A DNA stretch of 57,237 bases, the filler included, from Sphacelaria rigidula (Eukaryota): NCBI GenBank assembly GCA_964200075.2. It is 6 parts of 6 records of this genome, joined end to end, with 100 filler letters (N's around TTAATTAATTAA, not from the genome) between each part and the next. Parts side by side here need not be neighbours in the genome. Positions count along the whole stretch, not along the records: positions 19,115 to 28,570 come from CAXNAA020008455.1; positions 28,671 to 38,126 come from CAXNAA020008456.1; 4 more parts are not named here. One strand, written 5' to 3'. Positions 24,959 through 36,702 of this stretch are shown piece after piece (the stretch's first letter is position 1; every line of letters begins with the position of its first letter). Below the pieces are notes generated by a model. It did no database searches. It worked only from the letters and a program-made list of their open reading frames with translations, and had not been told where the DNA came from. The translations under genes were made by a program, and so were the position numbers.

Positions 24959-25412
24959 CTAACGTTTAGGAATTAACGCAAGCCGGGGCAGGGTGCGCAT
25001 CGGGTGTTACACACTGGTGGGGATCACATAAACAAAGCACGGGCTGACAGCATCGTGCGAGGTAAGCATGCATGGCTACAGTGTGTGGAATTGAGGATAC
25101 ATACCTGATAGTTGGGAAGTGTGTCAATGCTGATGTCGACAGTATTGCTGGGGTGATAGAGCCCCCATCCAATCAAACGTATCATGGTCAGTGTTTTACG
25201 CTTAAGGGGGTACTGTGGAACCAACTCATAACCATGGTACGAAGAGGAGTACTAGGAATTAGGATCACGAGGAATGAGCTGCTATCGCAGCACTAGAATC
25301 AACAGGTGGCCAACATAACTTACGAGGCGTTCCGGTGACTTGCTCCAGTACGCCGATTTAGCAAACATTACTTGCTACGATGACTCACCCTGTTTCGTTC
25401 CGATGTGGGTAC

Positions 25413-25490
25413 CTCCTCGCGGAGGTTGCCTGGCAGGAGCAACCTGAGCCGAACGGCATCGCTCTCGACGTTGTGAAGCGTGATCGAGGA
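25413..25490 (-). CDS. Protein kinase-like gene, penultimate exon (SSITLHNVESDAVRLRLLLPGNLREE)
   Basis: gtgcag| ... |gtaccc, 78 bp, phase 0. Splicing gives LLLPGNLREE|VCELL, resembling subdomains X-XI. Confidence 0.55.
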
Positions 25491-26966
25491 CTGCACGGTA
25501 AAACGTATGCACAGCGTCGTACGGCACGTGTAGCGGATCCCTTCTATTACATAATAGAGCAAGTTCACTCGTCGATACATGAATGAATCGAAGCATGGCT
25601 AGTGGTGGTCAAACGGTTGCTTCGGGGTTAATTCTCGTTCCAGGGTTCGAGAAAGTTACGCTCGACGGCATGGATATTTTTCACGACAACGTAAGCCTGT
25701 TGGAGGGTTGACCATTGGCAGCTTCACGGCCAATACATCATGAACAATACGCGGGGGAAGCTATATCTGTCCCAACCAACTTCGACGCTGGGGGATCCTT
25801 CAGCCACTCAAATCCGGGCAAAGACGAGTATCATGTATGTAGAGGTGAGCGTTCGAGGGTTCCACTGCCCTGGCTGGTCCTTCGCGTTTCTTAGGCAGAC
25901 TACACATCTCGCGTGTTGATACCACGACGGTCACCGGCAAGTAGCAGCCGCCGATACATTTCTCAATATTGAGAGGTATCCCACAAACTCATGTGCAAAA
26001 TTACCCGAAGTGCAATCGGATACCGGCTCGAAAAAATGCGCACCGAACAAAATGGACGCTTCACTGAGGAGTCGAATATACTGGTCACGGACGGTTGTAC
26101 ACTGTCCGTTTTCTCTCATATCACCAAGCTAAATAGAACAACATGTATCAGATAATATCCATAAACAAGTTCATAACAAATGATACGAATATTTCTAGAA
26201 CACGTCGTATTTTCCACTGAAAAGTATAGAAGTCGCCCTTTTCCTGTCCAGTATTGAGACCCATGCATCACACAATAGCTCGAGATGACTACATGGACCA
26301 AAAAGACCTAAGGCAAAATATGAAGTGCTGAAAAATGCACAGATCCAAAATAGGATGCCATGAGTCAATCTCAAGCAAACCCTTGTCCCTATTAGTGACC
26401 ACAAAAGTGGAAGGTAATCTTCCCAAACGCTGCGTATATATGCGAAGTGGAGGGACAAGGGCTGCTAGTGTTCAGTGCGTTTCTGGATGTTTGATTTTGT
26501 TCGTTTATTTTTAAATTGTTTTGGGAGGAGGGGCGGGCAATATGGAATCCTGTCTAAACCTTGAAGCAGTGTGATGCTGTGCCCATCTGGAGCACATGCT
26601 GAGAGGCCGTACACACGTGTCAAGGTACTCCTCGGATCCATAAAACCTTCCGCGAGCAGGACTCAACCGCAACCTGAACACTAATGTCCATACACTACTC
26701 AAGTACAGCTAGCTACATGCTTCCCTGTCCCATACGAAAAGTCGGCTCTAGTCATGAGAACACGAAGTACACCAGGAAAGGATATGGTGAGCCTTCAGGA
26801 ACGAATAATCTCCGTAAAACACACCCTTTTAAAGTGTACTTTGGTGAATTGTTCACTTTGAATCTCTTCCGTACCGATGGCACACCAGTTACATCGGCGG
26901 AGAATGTGCCGACCGTGCTCAAAAGGGCCTGATCACTGTCCTACCAACCAGTGCGGGAACAGTGTC

Positions 26967-27170
26967 TGTGATGCGTGAGAGGACCGCGTGCTTAGAGGAT
27001 CGCATTGAAATTTGAACATCCCTCTGGTTGGGGTTAGGGTTAGGGTTGGGGTTAGGGTCCGGGGCGTGGTCCCTGCAGGGACTGCTCGATTGGTTTTCAA
27101 AAACGTCGACCCTGAGGTGTTTCGAACTCCGGTGCGGTCCTCTAAGCACGCGATCCTTTCACGCATTACA
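26967..27170. mobile_element. Ginger-like MITE (TGT...ACA) carrying internal TTAGGG repeats
   Basis: ~38-bp TIR tgtgatgcgtgagaggaccgcgtgcttagaggatcgca; gtgtc on both sides; internal gggttagggttagggttggggttaggg. The superfamily is inferred from the termini only. Confidence 0.7.
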
Positions 27171-28670
27171 GTGTCGCTCAACCCCCGAACACACTCTGTC
27201 CGCATACACACCACAGGTGGTAGATACGCTGACTGCCAACACAGATGGTCCCCTACGGTATCGACATCCCTCAGAACTTCTCCTTCCAGCGAGCAAGTCC
27301 TGGCCAACCCTGAATGCCGCACTCAGCCCGACGACACTTGTACAGTATATCCATGCTGTGCGGTGCTGTGCTGTACCGTATCGGGCAGTGAAAAAAGAAC
27401 GACATCTCCTGCACGACACAATCAGTTATATGAACAGCTGCTACTGCTCTTTTTGCCGCGATGTGCAGCACGGGATTACTGCTTACTATATCACAGAGGT
27501 AGGCTCCGTTTTTTTTTGTGGTAACGACGACAAGCTGCACCTATCAGCCGTCGCGTGCAACCAAGCTTGTGGAGAGAGCGCCATTCGGTACAGCATCACC
27601 CAGGCAGGCTGTGAGTGAAGACTGAATGTGGGCAAGTCTCAACCACTTTCTACACTACCGGCGAATACAAGCAAATCAGCCTGAATTTGACCCAAGCTTG
27701 GGCCTCAAGCCCTACGACAGTACACTGAAGTCTTGTAAGGCAATATTATCAGGTTTATATGGGGTGTTTCAGAGGGGTGGCGTTAAAGTACCACCATGCG
27801 TGTTTTGTACATCTTGTGTAGTGTTCACTATCATCTGCTGACATCACCCAACGGTAACAGTTTTGACGTTAGACACTGGTACTTCCTACCGGGAGAAACC
27901 GAACAATTTCTAGCTGATTATTCTTCCCTACCACATGGCTACAAACGATGGTGATAATCAACCGCACTCAGATGCAGAGCTCGACAAAAAACACGCAAGC
28001 ATGGGCTCAAATCTAGGTATGACATGACTTGTTTTCGAGGAGGCATCATCTTGAGTTATTTCCAACCCCCCTGTTCCAGGCCTTGAAGCTGACAGCGTGC
28101 TGAATATCAAGATACTGTATCGTGTGCAAACGGAAGCACGAGTCCGTCACTAGGTGACAACAAACGGACAGAAGAAGAGGATAATAAAGCAGAAAAGAGA
28201 AACCGTCTAGTTACCCCGCAAATGGGTCAGAAATTCACATTCTGTCCGACGTCTGGAATACCTGTGCCCAAAAGGAAATCAACATGAGGTTTTGATATTT
28301 AGGTAGCGAAACGAACTATAACGGGATCAAATTGACCGGATCAAATCAGCAGGACGAACCTGGGGAGAAGATTAACAAATTCAAACTAAAATACACCCGA
28401 GAATCACAAGAAATAGGTTTTCAGCTGACCCTGACCAGTCATGACGGCCAAATTCATCTGTGTTTCAGCTTTGAGCGCAGACACCTCGCGGCTAACTAAA
28501 AATCTTAAAACTCCCCCTCAATCAATAATCGCGCCATCCTTGAGAGTGGTCGTTGTAAATATGTCTCGAANNNNNNNNNNNNNNNNNNNNNNNNNNNNNN
28601 NNNNNNNNNNNNNNTTAATTAATTAANNNNNNNNNNNNNNNNNNNNNNNNNNNNNNNNNNNNNNNNNNNN

Positions 28671-28823
28671 AAACCCGACATGCTCCGTCCCGGCATTGTA
28701 GGGATGCGAGGTCAATGGTCTCATGACTATGGCATGCATGATCATGAGTACACCCGGTGCTCCGTCTCGAAAGGGATGCGTGGTCAATGGTCAAATGACT
28801 AAGGCAAGCAACAAATGAGTACG
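28671..28823 (+). mobile_element. Two stacked LINE 3' ends (family B 28671-28752, family A 28756-28823) followed by C7
   Basis: Both tails match their other copies and are separated by ccc. Confidence 0.75.
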
Positions 28824-29277
28824 CCCCCCCTTCCCCTCAATACTGGAATACTACACACGACCTTGGGTGACTTGTCGAATTCCTTTGGATCCAAGAAAAA
28901 ATATCACCCAAAGGTCGTATTCATCGTATTCTACAGATATCGTCGTTGCCTCGAGATTTGCTGTCTTTCGATCGCGGGCCTGAATTATTATACTGGAAAA
29001 GGAGATGAAGAGTCGCGCTTCTCCTCAGTCTCCACCGGTGTCCATGCCAAGAATATACACACAGAACATGCCCTCGTTGATGACGCCAATATCTGCGATC
29101 CACGAGGCTAAAACCCTCACGCCTGTGGGTAGTACCCAATGCGACATACCACCCGGGGTGATAAGACCCCCGACCTTGCCTTTTGCCCGTAGAACTGCGG
29201 GGACCGCACCGCCGATAGGCGTGTTATTGGACATTCAACAAGTATTTTGTCAAGATTTCGTGCAGGGGGGGGGGGGC

Positions 29278-29800
29278 GTACTCATTTGTTGCTTGCCTTA
29301 GTGGTGTGACCATTGACCACGCATCCCTTTCGAGACGGGAGCACCGTTCCTACTCCTAGTAAAGACACCTTCAACATTCCGGCGCTCATCAAGGTTTCTT
29401 CTATACATTACACAAAACCTTTTACATATCTTATCCCCGTCCTGTTTCGCCGTCTCTAGCCACCATCAATCTCTTAGTATAGCCATTGTTTTCTCCCTAC
29501 TGTCTAATGCATAAAACGATTTCATGCCATCTCCGTTCACGTCCCGCATTTCCCCCTCTAGCACGTCCCGTTCCTCCTTGTATAGTTCACATTCTTCCAC
29601 TACATGACTTCTGCTCTCTATTGCTTTGCCACAGAGGCACTTCTGTCTATCTACTTCCTTCTCCTCTCGACGACTTGTATACCTCTTTCTTCTTTCTGGC
29701 AGATCTAGGTCCCCACCCGAAATCGCAATGTTATATTTTTCGCAGCGTCCGTTGATTGGGCCGTGCAAATATGCTATCATTCCGATCCCCTCTCTCAACC
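29278..29800 (-). mobile_element. 5'-truncated LINE (family A) with C-terminal Cys/His knuckle remnant and 3' tail
   Basis: Encodes GDLDLPERRKRY...CLCGKAIESRSHVVEECELYKEER, then the family A tail. TSD atttcgtgca-G(11-12)-c at 29255-29277 and 29801-29822. Confidence 0.85.
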
Positions 29801-30394
29801 ATTTCGTGCAGGGGGGGGGGGCTTCTTCACTATTGAGCATGGTATCGGCACCCCCCAACCCTAACCGCAGCCCGTCGAGGTTTCGTCATCACCCGATTGA
29901 TAACATTGCCGACTCAAGTCCCGATCTTCCTCTCCTGTTTTTTCACTTCAACGGAAAACAAAAAAAGGGAATCTTCACTACCAGGATTCCAGCACATGAA
30001 ACCCCGACCAAGTACAGTGGCATCGATGCACGATCAGGTTGACCATCGGGCAGCGACGGCACTGACAGGTATGATGGAACGATATACTTGCCGATCCGCT
30101 GCGAATAATCCAGTGGTGATGACAAGAGACAGGTGTATTCAACCAAAGTCAAGAACGAAAGACACTTGCCGAACGAGAGTCGAGTACGTGCAGAAGGGCA
30201 TTAAGAGAAACAAGTAGTGTACAGATGGTCAAATATGAAAAAAATGATATTGTCACTCGTGGTGTTAAAAAACAATCCCGAAAAAGGATGGCCTTGGGAA
30301 ACAACGTACTAACATCGTGAACCAATCGAACACTCGTCAAAAAACCAGCATCCCGCCTGTATATTCGCCAAAATTACGGTATAGCTGACATTAA

Positions 30395-30736
30395 ACCCTT
30401 CAGGGAAACAACGAATGAAGCCGCCTGATTGGCCAAATCACGCCGCCAGCTTCTCGCGAAAGACACGCGCGATGTGCGTGTGCCTGTTCGTGACAATTCA
30501 ATTCGACTTTCACCGGTTTTTGGCGACGACTTCACCGGTTGTTGGCGATCGACGTGCCTGACCGTAGGTTCCCGGCCAGCCCTTTCGACAGCTGGCCGTT
30601 GAAGACGGTTTTGTTTTTTAGCCAATCCGACCACCACAATCCCGACCCATGGAGGACCCTACCCACAGTCACGCGGTGGTTCCACATCTTCGAAGAGGAC
30701 GGGCAATTAAATCACGGTGGATCAATCGGGAAGCGG
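30395..30736 (+). mobile_element. TTAA-flanked ~340-bp element (piggyBac-like MITE), copy 1
   Basis: ttaa|acccttcagg...cgggaagcgg|ttaa; inverted second copy at 32111-32490. Confidence 0.65.
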
Positions 30737-31077
30737 TTAATGGGGTTACAAAGTTATAGTCCAAAATGTACCCTCGTCCTACCAGGATCATCTCAAGTAG
30801 ATTATGTCACAGCCCAGGATGAATAATTCAAACACAAACAGAAGCACTCTAGTCTCGCGGGGCACTGCATATACAGCCAGCCTCCGACCTAGCAGGACCC
30901 CCGCCTGTTCTCTTTGCGTCGCTATTTTTTGCAGAAGGCAATGACCCTTACATGTGAATCTCTGCCTCCAGTGTTTCCGTTGGGCCTGGGCTTCTCAGAA
31001 CTTACTGGCTTACACCCACCAGGGTAGTTACCCACAAGAGGGCGCCACGGCTACGTTGTCGGCAGTTCTTTCAGGCT

Positions 31078-31345
31078 TGTGACGCCTGCCCGAAGAAGAA
31101 ATGCTGGTTCGCTGCTGTTTGAGGGACTCCCCAGTCGCACTGGCCTCAGTTTCAGTTGTCTGCCTTTACAACATTTCATTATCCGGACTGCCCTTGCAGG
31201 CACAGCCTCATAGGCCCGCAGGGTATCATTCCCGTGTCCCCAGTCATTATCCAGAATCCTCCCGAAATCCTTCAGAATCCCCGTGTCCCCGGTCATTATC
31301 CAGATCATCACGACCAACTCAACGTAACGACGTAATTTCGTCACA
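31078..31345. mobile_element. Solo LTR (Gypsy-like)
   Basis: TGTGACG...CGTCACA termini, exact 4-bp TSD GGCT, 268 bp. Confidence 0.75.
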
Positions 31346-31524
31346 GGCTGCGGGTTTACTGTCGCTGCCTGCGTGTGCACTGTGCTTCGGCACGTAAATT
31401 GTAGTGTTTGTCCTACTTCTCTGGGGTGAGCCAAGGGTCTGTCGAAACAGTATTTCGGTACACATAGGCCCCACGATCGAAAGTTCGAGTTTTCGAGCGG
31501 GGGGGGGGAGGGGGGGACACCCAG

Positions 31525-32030
31525 CCTGTTGTCCCCTAGTTTATTGCCGAGGCGTTGGCGAATTCGGCCAGTGTACAGAGCGGATGCGGTCAGCTGCCGT
31601 GTACAGAGATCCTTGACTTGGAGACCGCTGAGGTGACCGACACACCACCCCTCCAAGCTCATCATATACCATAGTGACATTTATGGGATCATATTCCGTG
31701 TCGTGTGCCTCCACTAGCCATCACTAGTCCGGGAAAAATTGGCGAGGCGTGAGATAATGTTGCTACTTTGCCTACAGGCTGTCGCTACCGGGCGCTCGTG
31801 CATTATTCATAGATGTGTGTGAGCGTTGTTGGCATCCGAGGTCATCGGGGCAGGGCGGGCAAGGAGCAGAAGCAAATATACGAACCTCGCAACGCCCGGC
31901 AGACGTTTCAGTTTTTGTCAGCGTTTGTTGATCACTTTCTTTCAACATTATCAACAAAAAAACAAAAAACCATGACAGTTTTCGAAAAATTGCCCTCCGG
32001 GAGGCGGGCGGGGTTGTGTCCGATTTTTTT
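31525..32030 (+). repeat. Interspersed repeat homologous to 13785-14680 (no MITE insertion)
   Basis: Direct alignment by eye across both flanks of the 14008 insertion point. Confidence 0.8.
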
Positions 32031-32110
32031 CTCTCGACAGACCGTTGGGTGAGTCAAAGCTAGCTACAATTTCCATGTACTTCCGTTGGTTGATGCGACA
32101 TTATCATCAA

Positions 32111-32490
32111 CCGTTTCCCGATTGATCCGCCGTGATTCAATTTCCCGCCCTCTTCGAAGATGTGGAACCACCGCGTGATTGTGGGTAGAGCCCTCCATGG
32201 GTCGGGATGGTGGTGGTCGGATTGACAAAACAAAACTACCCGTATTCAACGGCCAGCCGCCGAAAGGTAACAAAGAATATGGTGGCATGTGCATGTTTCG
32301 GGGCTGACCGGAAACCTACGGTCAGGCACGTCGATCGCCAACAACCGGTGAAATCGTCGCCGAAAACCGGTGGAAGTCTGATTAAATTGGCACGAACAGG
32401 TACACCGCGCGTGTCTTTCGCGAGAAGCCGTTGGCGGCGTGACCTGGCCAATCAGGCGGCTGCATTTATTTGTTATTTTCCTGAAGTTTT
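32111..32490 (-). mobile_element. TTAA-type element, copy 2 (inverted, with ~35-bp extra segment)
   Basis: Reverse complement of 30395-30736. Confidence 0.7.
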
Positions 32491-32850
32491 TTTTCAGCTA
32501 CACCGTTTTTTTGCGGATATTCAGGCGGTATGATGGTTCCTGGCGGTTGCCCGAACCAATCCCTCGTGCAGTTTTCGTTCCCCACCGACGGTAAGGATGC
32601 AAAGCAGGTGCCAACACTTGAATGATAATGGCGTTCGATATTGAACGGTTAGTTGATGATCGGTTACACGATCGTCCGGGACAATCGTCCTCTACGAATC
32701 CCGCTGTGGTCACAAAGCCTGCACAAATACCGGTCCCAAGATAATAACCCGACAGGCCCCCTGCGCATGGCTTCAGCCAAGCAGGCCGTACAAAAAAAGA
32801 CGGTCCGGGAGCGTTCGACCGGTTCGTCCACTACAGTTTCTAGGAGTTAA

Positions 32851-32952
32851 ACCTTAGACCGCGAGGGTAGGTCACCAGCTGAACCGGCATGGATATTCGC
32901 TCGGAAAGAGTATGCGTGATCCAAATGGGTTACCCGCACCGCGGTCTAAGGG
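32851..32952. mobile_element. ~100-bp piggyBac-like mini-MITE
   Basis: ttaa|accttagaccgcg...cgcggtctaaggg|tcaa; second copy at 53317-53417. Confidence 0.7.
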
Positions 32953-33689
32953 TCAAGGCCTGAACGTTTGATGGCTGTTACCAGAGAGTCTCGAGAAAGA
33001 GATGCTTTCTTGTTTCGAAAATGATGACTCTACAACAACAGTGACAGGGATTTTAAGGTAAGGCTTTACTTTCCCAGTGTAGAACTGCTTGGTTGGACTT
33101 TCCGGTGACCACCTCCGAAATGTTCATGCGCATCCATGATGAAAAGCTTCAGGGTCTACGAGTAGCTACATGAAGCGGAAGCGCAGTGGACGAGCCAATC
33201 TCGTACACTTCCTATGTAACTTCAAATTAGAGACAGACTTTTACGTGTTTTTCGGTTAATTTTTGCCTTCTTCATTAACTCCTCAACGGCAACGGGTTAA
33301 TGCCCAACGCATCTGTCACGTTGGTCATCATGGTAGCAGTACACTCACCAGATATGAGGACCATCGGACTACAGTTGTATTGGGCATGCATTTGACTACA
33401 CGGTACCTTCGAGTACCGGAATGTCCTCTACGAATGCACACGGACCGTTCTACGCAAAGCGTTGTGGAACGTGTACTTGTGAAATAACGAGCTGGCGGCG
33501 CAGGCATTTGCTTGTTTTTTTCTGTTCTACGTTGCATGTGAATATACTTTCACACGTACTTCTCTGCGCTATAGCTGCAGCTGTATGGCACGCGTTGCAA
33601 TCTATAGCTGTAATGCATATACTAGTTTTTATTTTCATTTTGTGTCGTGGCGGAAGTACGAAGATGTCCAGATACGCTATTACTCCTCC

Positions 33690-35437
33690 AGTCGACTTTT
33701 TGCAACTGGCTCCAGTTCGGACAACGATGGAGACCAGGACCCCCACTCTGACGAGGACAGAAACGCATTGACTACGCAGGCGGGTGAGCATGAAGGGGGC
33801 CCAGACGACGAGGATCTCAACCAGGTGCTGGAGTCAAACGGCGTCGGCACACCGCACTCCCAGATTTTCAAGGTTAACGGAAAGGATGTAAGTGTGGTCG
33901 ACATTGGCCGCCGAGATATTTTGGGATCACTAAAATAGCGGGCTGGTCAAGGCTGGTTATTGTTTTCCATGCTGGAAACCATCTACACCCGCCATGTACC
34001 TCTGCCCATTTTGTGTTCAACCGAATTCATCCTTGCATGTTTTCAACACCGAATTTTGATGCAGGTGAACAAGGCACCCGCGGTTTCTCATTACACTGGA
34101 CTGCATCGTCATAAAGCTCCGCCGGACCGACTTCAGCGCGTCAGAGGTTTCACGTCAGTCCATTGCGTCGCAGGATGCATCACTGACGATGATGCTCTCT
34201 CTACAATGCAGGTCGGCGACCCATTCGCCACACTTTTTTAACTGCCGGCGCAACATAACAAGCCAACCGCACATGCTCTTGGAGTTCTGACGGCAAGTGC
34301 ACCACCTAGCGCAGATGACCGCGTCGGGGGGTTCGGGGGACACGTGGTGAAGGGTCGTCTCATGGAACTGGGCCATGGGGGAGATGACTTACAGATGGAG
34401 TGGAAGGTGCGGCGGTTGCATGCTCGCACCTATGCCTGTCCTCTGAAGATGACGGTGGAGCTGAACCCCGGAATGACCGAAGAGTTGACATACTTTTTCG
34501 ACAAGGAACGTTTGTCGACGGTACAGGAGATGTTGGTGTCCACAGTAGACGGCCTCGAAGGATGGGGTGGCGTGCCGGCCCTCGGCAACACACCAGCAAG
34601 GATGACGCCACCTCTCCCTCTACACGTCAACATGGTCCACACCTTGGTCGAAGCTGGGTCATTGGAGGGAGTCTCGACATCATATACTGGTGCGAAGGCC
34701 GCTTGCGCCCTCTGCTCCTTGGAGATACCGGCAAACCAAATGCGAGTGCATGTCGGGGGTCACATCCTCACCAAGGGCAATGAGGTATAGTGCAAGTAGC
34801 TCGTAGAGTATGTGTGATGCTTCATTTTGTTTTGCACATGTTGCTACCCCTAAAATCGCCACTTCTTATTGCGTTCCAACCATTTTACAGGACTTACCAA
34901 AGAGCGACATTTGCGGCTTCTGTGGCCGCCAGGGTTGCAAGTTGTGGATATACAAACCACCGACCGGCTCGAAAGCACCACACATCCATTCTAGATGCCT
35001 GCTTGCGCCTAGAAAACCTGCTGACCAAGGTTCGTCAGCATCCATAACGTTGGCCTCAGCACTCAAGTTCACCGCGACCTCACCGTGCACCAACGCGCCG
35101 ATGAAGTGCATATTTGGGTCCTGACGGCCATGCCGAATGGCGGTGCTCTATGAAAAGCCATGTGGATGAGTTGCACCGTCATGAATCTGTTCTGAGGCAA
35201 AAGGACACAGAGGGCGCACAGTTCATGGCTAGCTTTGTTGTGAGCGAGGAGGAAGGAAAAGCTGTCACCAAGAAGCTTCAAGTTCGTCTCGCACGCAAGG
35301 GGAAATGAGGAAGAGCCAAGGTGGTTGGTGTTCGTGGGCAGAATAAAGCAGCGGCCGTAAGCAAGGACGGAGACACCGAGGAGGGAAGCGAGGTCTCCAG
35401 CGACGACAATGGATCTTCTTCGAGCAATGACGACGAA

Positions 35438-35468
<31 letters not shown>

Positions 35469-35815
35469 TCCAGGCGGGCAGCACAAGAAGGAGAGGCGGC
35501 AAACGTCGGCTGCCGTCTGAACCACCATCGGACGAGGAAGAAGAATCGGAAGAAGAGGGGGAGGCGGAGCAGGAGGAGGAACAGGAGGAGGAGCAGGAGC
35601 CAGGAGAGGAGCAGGAGGAAGAGAACGGGGGCGGGGGCGGGGACGGGGAAGGCGTGGAGACGGGGGGAAGCCCTGCAGAAATGCCTGAACAGGCTCCGCT
35701 TAAAAAAAGCAGGAGAGGCCGGGAGCCCCAGCCGCGAAAACGCTGGCCTGGGGATGATAGTTCATCAAAGAAACAGCTTTCGCTTTGTTCCAAGTCACTG
35801 TTGGCTTCTCAGTAA
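33690..35815 (+). pseudogene. Spliced, disrupted gene for a Cys/His-rich protein with acidic tail; probable transposase C-terminal half
   Basis: Exons ~33690-33887, 34065-34784 and 34891-35815 with GT-AG phase-0 junctions. Motifs: VNGKD|VNKA, DRLQRVRG, GDPFATL, CALC...MRVHVGGHIL, CGFCG...C...C, PCTNAPMKC, W..SMKSH...H. Stops at 34239 and 35306; frameshift near 35120. Confidence 0.7.
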
Positions 35816-36421
35816 TTCGGGTTTTGATCTACCAAACATGACGTCGATAACGCAGATTCAATGTAAGTCAATGTGCCTTTGTCGTTCAGTGGAGCTTTAA
35901 TTCTTCGCTTACCTCGGAGCCAAGTAAGACCAAGTTATGTTTATGTGTCTCGGCAACACATTGCACATCACACTTCCACGACGAGAACAAGACCAGCCAG
36001 ACAAATACCACAATGCTCTGCAAAGCTTGCTCAATCGAGCGAAACGCATTTATCTGCACCGTCAATTTTCGTCCAATGTGCGTCGCATCTTGTGGTGGCA
36101 GATAGAACCAACGATCATGGGCGCTATCTCACCCAAGTCGCCCCACAATGGCTATTTATTGACTGTTATTTCATGTGAAAAAATAATAATAATAATCCTA
36201 GGATCGCCGGATGGGGGAGCGGGGAGGGTCCATAGAGCCTCGGAGGGTTTTTTTGGGGCACTCTCGGGTGCACTTCCCCTTCTTGTCAAGAACAGTCACC
36301 ATTAGTTTTGCTTTCCTTGCAAACCCCAGGAAAGCAGGCATCACACGTATGAGCCGTCTGCTTCACGCACAAGTCATACAGTGCTGTGACTTCATCACCC
36401 CCCCCCGCGCGCGCGCGTCTG

Positions 36422-36459
36422 GATGGCCAAACGGCTAAGGCAAGAAACAAATGAGTACA
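36422..36459 (+). mobile_element. Very short LINE 3' end (family A) in a poly-C target
   Basis: ...ctaaggcaagaaacaaatgagtaca between duplicated Cn-(gc)n-gtctg at 36398-36421 and 36460-36477. Confidence 0.7.
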
Positions 36460-36702
36460 CCCCCCCGCGCGCGTCTGCGCGATCTAGATCCTGGTCCGTC
36501 CCACCACTCTCATACCTGTCCCTCATCCTCCAAGGAGAGTAATCTTTTCATCTGCGGATGAACAACACCATATCACTGCAGACACCAGTGAGAGCAGACA
36601 GTCAATTCCGAACGGACATCATTCTTCTTCGCGCAAAAATCTAAACAAAAGCTCAATGAAGGCGACATCCCCACATACTGACCAACTACGAACAAGACTC
36701 AC

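Noticed and set aside
30236..30260. Left end of the P-like element (tgaaaaaa then atgatattgtc)
   Set aside because: A low-complexity 8-mer and a poor TIR match; likely chance.
35278..35900. Overlapping Ser-rich, Thr-rich and Arg-rich ORFs
   Set aside because: Alternative frames of the GAC/GAG-rich acidic tail.
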